Shown here: positions 58,636 through 64,000 of the stretch, one piece after another | Layout: each line of letters starts with the position of its first letter | Position numbering within the stretch: the stretch's first letter is position 1 | Assembly: GCA_965261085.1 (NCBI GenBank) | Contig: OZ253442.1 | Span: 1,504,001 to 1,568,000, forward strand | DNA: 64,000 nt | Origin: a bacterium | GTDB lineage: Bacteria; UBA8248 | Reading direction: 5' to 3' | The notes under the pieces: generated by a model | What the model was told of the DNA's origin: nothing | Databases searched by the model: none | What the model saw: only the letters and a program-made list of their open reading frames with translations | Translations under genes and position numbers: made by a program

Positions 58636-59916
58636 TCAGCCCAGGCGTCTTAAGGCCTTGGCGCCGATATCTTTCCTGAAATACGCATCTTCCCAATAAA
58701 CCAGATCGCTCGCCTCATAAGCGCGCGCGATGGCTGCGCGGATGTCGATCCCGCGCGCGGTGACGCCCAGTACGCGGCCTCCGGCGGTCACGACGACGCC
58801 TGTATCGTTCAGGCCCGTTCCGGCGTGAAAAACGTGAACGCCGGGCAGGGCGTCGGCATCCTCGATTCCGTGAATCGCGTCGCCCTTCCGGTAGGCGTCC
58901 GGGTAGCCGCCCGCCGCCATGACGACGCAGACCGCGGCGTCTTTCGAATAGCGGATGGTCGTCTCATGGAGCCGCCCCTCGACGCACGCCATGAGGATGG
59001 GCAGCAAATCCCCCTCCATGCGGGTGAGCAGCGGCTGGCATTCGGGGTCGCCGAAGCGGCAGTTGAATTCCAGGACTTTCAGCTCATCGCCCTGCACCAT
59101 GAGGCCGGCGTAGAGAATCCCCCGGTAGGGCGTTCCTCGCCTCGCCATGGTGCGGATGGCGGGTTTGATGACGGTTTCGAGCGCTTTTTGCTCGAGCGCG
59201 CCCGAGAGCACGGGTGCGGGGGAATAAGCGCCCATGCCGCCCGTGTTGGGGCCGGTATCGCCTTCGCCGATGGCCTTGTGATCTTGCGCGGAGGCCATGG
59301 GGAGCACGGTTTCGCCGTCTGCGAACGCGAGAAAGCTCGCCTCCTCACCTTCCAGGAATTCCTCCACCACGCACGCGGCGCCCGCCTCGCCGAACGCTCT
59401 TTGTTCCATGATTTGGGATATGGCGTCGTGCGCGCTCGCCACATCGGGACACAGCAGCACGCCCTTGCCTGCGGCGAGACCATCGGCCTTCACCGCCCAT
59501 GCGCCGCCGCGCTGCGATACGAAATCCCTGGCCGCTCCCGCCTCTTCGAAAACGCCGTAGGCGGCGGTGGGGATTCCCGCCTCGTCCATCAAGGCCTTCG
59601 AGAACGCCTTGCTCGCCTCGATGCGGGCGGCCTCGGCCGATGGGCCGAACGCCCGAATCCCGAGCGCTTCGAGTTTGTCCACCAGCCCTAAGGCGAGGGG
59701 GGCTTCGGGGCCGACGACCACCAGGCCCGGTTTTTCCTCTTTCGCCAGAGAAAGGAGGCCTTCGACGTCCTCCGCGCCTAAGCTTATGTTTCGCCCGACC
59801 TGCGCCGTGCCCGCGTTTCCGGGCGCGCAGACGACCTCGTCCACTTCCGGGCTTTGGTTCAGTTTCCAGGCCAGGGCGTGCTCACGCCCGCCCCCGCCGA
59901 CAATGATGACTTTCAT
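58636..59916 (-). CDS. purD: Phosphoribosylamine-glycine ligase
   Basis: GGGGREHAL, VVGPEAPL, KADGLAAGKGV, GPNTGGMGAYSP and EFNCRFGDPE. Confidence 0.97.
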   Translation of the reverse strand: MKVIIVGGGGREHALAWKLNQSPEVDEVVCAPGNAGTAQVGRNISLGAEDVEGLLSLAKEEKPGLVVVGPEAPLALGLVDKLEALGIRAFGPSAEAARIEASKAFSKALMDEAGIPTAAYGVFEEAGAARDFVSQRGGAWAVKADGLAAGKGVLLCPDVASAHDAISQIMEQRAFGEAGAACVVEEFLEGEEASFLAFADGETVLPMASAQDHKAIGEGDTGPNTGGMGAYSPAPVLSGALEQKALETVIKPAIRTMARRGTPYRGILYAGLMVQGDELKVLEFNCRFGDPECQPLLTRMEGDLLPILMACVEGRLHETTIRYSKDAAVCVVMAAGGYPDAYRKGDAIHGIEDADALPGVHVFHAGTGLNDTGVVVTAGGRVLGVTARGIDIRAAIARAYEASDLVYWEDAYFRKDIGAKALRRLG

Positions 59917-59992
59917 CGGATATTCCCGTTAAAGAATGGTGAAGGCCACAACTTAAGGCGGCGCGAAAAAGGTGTCAAACGATTGGGACACA

Positions 59993-60763
59993 TCAACCCA
60001 TATCGCCCAGCGCGTGTTGCACGATGGTGAGGAGCGAGACGGGAGCCGTGTCTGCGCGCAGGATTCTCGGGCCCAGGGATACCGGCAGGAAACCATAATC
60101 CATCGCTTGCCCTGATTCCTCCTCCGTGAGGTCTCCCTCGGGACCGGTCAAGAGAGCGGCGCGAAGCGGCGCGTCGGCGCTATGATCACTCACGCGCGAT
60201 AGCGCCTCTTTGGCGGACATCGCATGTTCTCCCAGATATCCCATCAGCTTGAGGTCGAAATCCTTCGTCTCGGCGAGAAAACTCTCAAGGTCACCGAGTG
60301 GATGAGCAACAGGCGGGGGCACGCGATCGCACTGCTTGGCGGCTTCCAGGACAATTCGCCGCCACCGCCTGTGGCGCTCGGCGCTCCTTTTTTCCTGAAT
60401 CCTAACTTCGCACCGCTCGAGCATGAGGGGATAGAATGCATCGGCGCCCAGTTCGCAGCCCTTCTGAAGAACCCACTCGAAGCGCTCACCTTTGAGCAGG
60501 GGAAGGCCCAAGGCGATCGACAGGGGCGAAGACGGCCTCCTTGGCAGGCGCTCGATGATTCGGGCGGTGCTTTCGCTCGCAGTAATTTCCGTCAGTTCGA
60601 TCTTGTATTCTTGGCCCTCTGAGGTCGCGGCGCGGCAAATCGCGCCCACCTTCATCTTGAGGACGCGGCGGATGTGCGCGGATTCCTCCGCCCCCAGAAC
60701 GACCCGTTCGCCCTGAACCGCCGCAGGCGGAATGTAGAAAAGCCGCAGCCCGTCGCGCGTCAT
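59993..60763 (-). CDS. rsmE: 16S rRNA m3U1498 methyltransferase
   Basis: HI.RVL, QK..ELG, EAAKQC.R, GPEG and LGPRILRADTA. Confidence 0.93.
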   Translation of the reverse strand: MTRDGLRLFYIPPAAVQGERVVLGAEESAHIRRVLKMKVGAICRAATSEGQEYKIELTEITASESTARIIERLPRRPSSPLSIALGLPLLKGERFEWVLQKGCELGADAFYPLMLERCEVRIQEKRSAERHRRWRRIVLEAAKQCDRVPPPVAHPLGDLESFLAETKDFDLKLMGYLGEHAMSAKEALSRVSDHSADAPLRAALLTGPEGDLTEEESGQAMDYGFLPVSLGPRILRADTAPVSLLTIVQHALGDMG

Positions 60764-61638
60764 GGCTTCGCCACCTCGATGCTCCCCCACTCCTCGATTC
60801 GGTTCGTGTTCTCGAGGGTGAAACCGGCCTCCCTGTAGATGCGGGCGAGAGTCTCCGTCTGCTCATAGCCTATGCCTGCGAGAACGGCCCGGCCACCGGG
60901 AGCGAGCGCCCCGTGAATGAGCGGCGCGAGTTCTCTGAGAGCGTCCAGGAAGATGTTCGCCGCGATGAAATCGACCCGGCCCCACCATTTTTCCAGTGCG
61001 CCGGGCGCAAGCGTCGTGTTGCGCGTCGTCATGCGGTTCGCCACCCCGTTTCTTTCCGCCAGGCCGATGGTCTCCTCCACGGCCTTTGGATCGAGGTCGA
61101 ATGCGGTTACGCGTTTTGCGCCGTAGAGGAGGGCGGCGACGCCCAGGATGCCCGAGCCGCAGCCTAAATCCACCATACGTTCGGGAGGTTTTTTGGCGCA
61201 TTCGTTTTCCACGGCGAGCAGGGCCAGGCGCGTGGAGGAGTGTCTGCCCGTGCCGAAGGCGAGGCCGGGTTCGAGCGTCAACTCGACGCGCCCGTCCGGC
61301 GTCTCGCTTTCATCCCAGGGCGGCCTCACCCAGAGTTTCTCCCCGTAGGCTTCGCCCTTGAAATGGCCGCGCGACTGGGCTATCCAGTCCTGATCCTCGA
61401 TGTTTTTAAGCGTGATGGCGCTTTTCGCGACGCCCAGGGTGGCGAGGAGCGCCTCTATCGCGCGGAGTTTTTTGGTCGCGCCGTCTTCAAGAGCGATGTG
61501 CGTGATGAGCAGCGATGCGCCCCCCGCGCCGACTCGCTCCTCCACGGCGGATGCGCCCGCATCCAGTATGAGAGCGGCGGCGTCCTCGGCCAGACCCTCA
61601 CAAACCTCGATAATGAGTTCGAGCCATTTTTTCTTCAC
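60760..61638 (-). CDS. prmA: Ribosomal protein L11 methyltransferase
   Basis: DW...., PPW, LEPGLAFGTG.H.ST, DLGCGSGIL and ANI. Confidence 0.93.
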   Translation of the reverse strand: MKKKWLELIIEVCEGLAEDAAALILDAGASAVEERVGAGGASLLITHIALEDGATKKLRAIEALLATLGVAKSAITLKNIEDQDWIAQSRGHFKGEAYGEKLWVRPPWDESETPDGRVELTLEPGLAFGTGRHSSTRLALLAVENECAKKPPERMVDLGCGSGILGVAALLYGAKRVTAFDLDPKAVEETIGLAERNGVANRMTTRNTTLAPGALEKWWGRVDFIAANIFLDALRELAPLIHGALAPGGRAVLAGIGYEQTETLARIYREAGFTLENTNRIEEWGSIEVAKP

Positions 61639-61651
61639 AGGCTCTCGCGTT

Positions 61652-62737
61652 TTATTCCGGCAGCCGAACCACGGCCGAGCCCGCCGTCGCCAGTTCGCCT
61701 TCCTGGTTCGTTCCGGTGATCTCCACCTTCACGGTGCGCTCGGCCTCGTTTTTCTCGACCACCTTGCCCGTGTGCCGGATGGTGTCGCCATAGATCATGG
61801 GGCGGCGCACCTGGACGTAGAGATTCTTGAGGAACGCGTTGTCCCCCATCCAGTTCGTGATGAAGGGGCTCACCCAGGCGAAGCGCATGACGCCGTTGTC
61901 GAAAGGCCCCGGCATCCCGCGCCCCGAGGCGAGGTTGAAGTCTTCGTGTTGCTGGGAGTTTTTCACCTTGATCCCGATCTGGGGGATGAGGACGGCGTTG
62001 TGCGGCGCTTTTTTGAGGTCGAGATAGCCGCGCCTGCCCGCCTTGTAGGAGGGGCCGTTGCCCGCGTTCCAGGCCACCATGTCGCCGATGGTGAGGGGGC
62101 CGCGAAGCATGGACGGGAGTTCATCCCCGACGGATACGTCCGCGAAGCGGCGCTTCTCGCCGCCACGTCTCTCCTCCGTCTCGTAGGCGTTTTCGATTTC
62201 TTGGAATTCCGTCTCGTCATACTTCTTGACGGGCCTCTCGTAGAGGAGCGCGTTTCCTTCTTGTAAGGTTCTGATCATCGTGCCGGCGCCCCTGGCGACG
62301 ACCTCATCCTCCTCGTTCCAGTAGGTGCACTCCGAGATGATGAAGATGAGTTGACGGCCCGCCTTGTTCGTCTTGACGAAGGAATCCTTCTGGATGGACT
62401 CCGCGCGCAGCTTGGCGCCGCGCGGGATGGGCTTTTCCCATTCGAATTCCACGCCCCCGATAAGGGAGGAGAGCGGAACTTCCATGGGCGCTCCGTGGAG
62501 AATCGGGTAGAGAACCGACACCAGAAACGCAGGCGGCGCCATGATGTTCCCGTGCGAGGCGCCGGATGCGTATTCGGCGTCCAGCCAAAGCGGGTTGTCG
62601 TCGTCGATGCCGTATGCGAAATGGCGGATGGCGTCGGCGCTCGCCTCGTTGTTCCACGCCTCCCGCTCGCGCACGGGCCGGCCGTTCAGTTCTCGTGTCT
62701 TTTCGATGAACTCATCGATGCGTGCTTGATTCGACAA
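61652..62737 (-). CDS. Double hot-dog (MaoC/FAS1-like) acyl dehydratase
   Basis: DAIRHFA.GI.DDNPLW.D, APPAF, V.VGDELP, H.D...A...GMPGPFDNG and NWMGD. Confidence 0.82.
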   Translation of the reverse strand: MSNQARIDEFIEKTRELNGRPVREREAWNNEASADAIRHFAYGIDDDNPLWLDAEYASGASHGNIMAPPAFLVSVLYPILHGAPMEVPLSSLIGGVEFEWEKPIPRGAKLRAESIQKDSFVKTNKAGRQLIFIISECTYWNEEDEVVARGAGTMIRTLQEGNALLYERPVKKYDETEFQEIENAYETEERRGGEKRRFADVSVGDELPSMLRGPLTIGDMVAWNAGNGPSYKAGRRGYLDLKKAPHNAVLIPQIGIKVKNSQQHEDFNLASGRGMPGPFDNGVMRFAWVSPFITNWMGDNAFLKNLYVQVRRPMIYGDTIRHTGKVVEKNEAERTVKVEITGTNQEGELATAGSAVVRLPE

Positions 62738-62860
62738 TGTAGGATGCTCCTGTATCTGTTGTTAAGTGGATATACCGGATGGCTCGGTGAATTTTATTTT
62801 GTTTTTCGGAAAAGATATGTAGCAGGAAATTTCGGGCGCAACAAGGCGGCGCGGGCCACA

Positions 62861-63946
62861 TTATTCGAGAAGGGATTTCATCTTCTCCAGAAACGCCCGG
62901 GTTCGCGGGTGGGTGGATGGCGAGGAGATTCTCTGGAACTCGGCCAACATTTCGCGCTGACGCTCGTTGAGCTTGGTGGGCGTTTCGATGATCACACAAA
63001 TGCGCAGATCGCCCGTGTTCCGCCCGCCCGCCGGCGAGAGACCCTCTCCTTTCAGGCGAAACACCCGGCCCGACTGGGTTCCCGCGGGAATCTTGATTGT
63101 CCGCGTGCCCTTGAGGGTGGGCACGAGGGCCTCGTGGCCGAGGGCGGCCTGGGAGATGCTCACCGGCAAATCGAAGAGGATGTCGTTGACCTCTCTCTGG
63201 AAAACGGGATGGGGTTTTGCACGCACCGTGACGATGAGGTCTCCCTCCTCACCCTCGCGCGAGTCCTCATCGCCCTTGCCCTTGATTTTGATTTGAGCGC
63301 CCTCTTTGGTCGCGGCGGGAATCGTCACCATCAGATTCTCCCGCCTGTTCACGCGACCCTCTCCCCCGCAGGCCCGGCACGTCTCACCCGTGTGTTCACC
63401 GCTTCCGTCACAAGCCGAGCAGGGAATGCGCAACTCGGCGAGCCCCTGGTTGTAGCGAACCTCACCCGCACCCTTGCACGCGGGGCAGGCGCTCATCGGC
63501 GCGCCCGTTTCGGCGCCGCGCCCCGCGCATGAGGCGCAGCGAACGCGGCGCGAGACGGAAATCTCCTTTTCGGAATCCCGCGTCAATTCCTCGAGCGTCA
63601 CCTCGACGTGGGCGTTTAGGTCCTGAGACGCGGTTTTTTTCTCATCCACAGGTTCGCGCGCGCTCCGGAAAATATGGGAGAAAATGTCCTCCCATTTTTC
63701 TTCGTATTCATTTTTGGGGCGCGTCGAATTCCGCCCGCGGGGCGTTGCGCGGGTGTCTGAGCGTTTCGGGTTTTGGAGGATTTCGTGGGCGATGACGACT
63801 TGCTTGAAGCGCCTTTCCGCCTCCGGGTCGCCCGGGTTTCTGTCCGGGTGGAATTCCAGCGCCAGTTTCTTGTAGGCGCTTTTCAACTGGGACGTGGAGG
63901 CGTTTTTCTCCAGGCCGAGAATTTTGAGGGCGTCGGCGACGTTCAA
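62861..63946 (-). CDS. dnaJ: DnaJ-class chaperone (J domain, Zn finger, C-terminal domain)
   Basis: AYKKLA..FHPDRN, four CxxCxGxG repeats, GDL, AALG and IPAGTQSG. The Gly/Phe-rich region is poorly conserved. Confidence 0.9.
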   Translation of the reverse strand: MNVADALKILGLEKNASTSQLKSAYKKLALEFHPDRNPGDPEAERRFKQVVIAHEILQNPKRSDTRATPRGRNSTRPKNEYEEKWEDIFSHIFRSAREPVDEKKTASQDLNAHVEVTLEELTRDSEKEISVSRRVRCASCAGRGAETGAPMSACPACKGAGEVRYNQGLAELRIPCSACDGSGEHTGETCRACGGEGRVNRRENLMVTIPAATKEGAQIKIKGKGDEDSREGEEGDLIVTVRAKPHPVFQREVNDILFDLPVSISQAALGHEALVPTLKGTRTIKIPAGTQSGRVFRLKGEGLSPAGGRNTGDLRICVIIETPTKLNERQREMLAEFQRISSPSTHPRTRAFLEKMKSLLE

Positions 63947-64000
63947 GAAATCATGACCTCCGCCGGGGGTGGGGATGAAAGCGCTTTTTCGTCTATCGTT

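Overview
GC-rich bacterial chromosomal window with about 60 genes and no rRNA, tRNA, CRISPR array, transposase or phage genes. The gene mix and repeat families loosely resemble Nitrospinota/UBA8248/Tectomicrobia-type genomes, but taxonomy cannot be fixed from this sequence. Housekeeping loci include ltaE, a cold-shock gene, an EF-G paralog, pyrE, bioA, TPP riboswitch-thiS-thiG-thiE, acs, thrC, dtd-DUF2400-nadK-recN, glgA-glgC, phnA, purD and dnaJ-prmA-rsmE. Features the ORF track misses or does not explain: (1) a ~9.7 kb dissociated type II FAS/PKS cluster (36742-46468) with four ketosynthase-fold genes, two lacking the catalytic Cys, an oversized ACP, two dehydratases, two reductases, its own AcpS and an LpxL-type acyltransferase; (2) a UGSC-family selenoprotein split at an in-frame UGA with a SECIS-like hairpin; (3) tandem NrdR-like boxes, 31 bp apart, upstream of an unknown 73-aa ORF with no ribonucleotide reductase nearby; (4) an EamA-cupredoxin-His-rich membrane protein-EamA cassette whose cupredoxin has an in-frame TAG just before its apparent C-terminus; (5) nested MITE and REP-like repeats with a target-site duplication. 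All calls come from motifs read by eye; no database searches were run.
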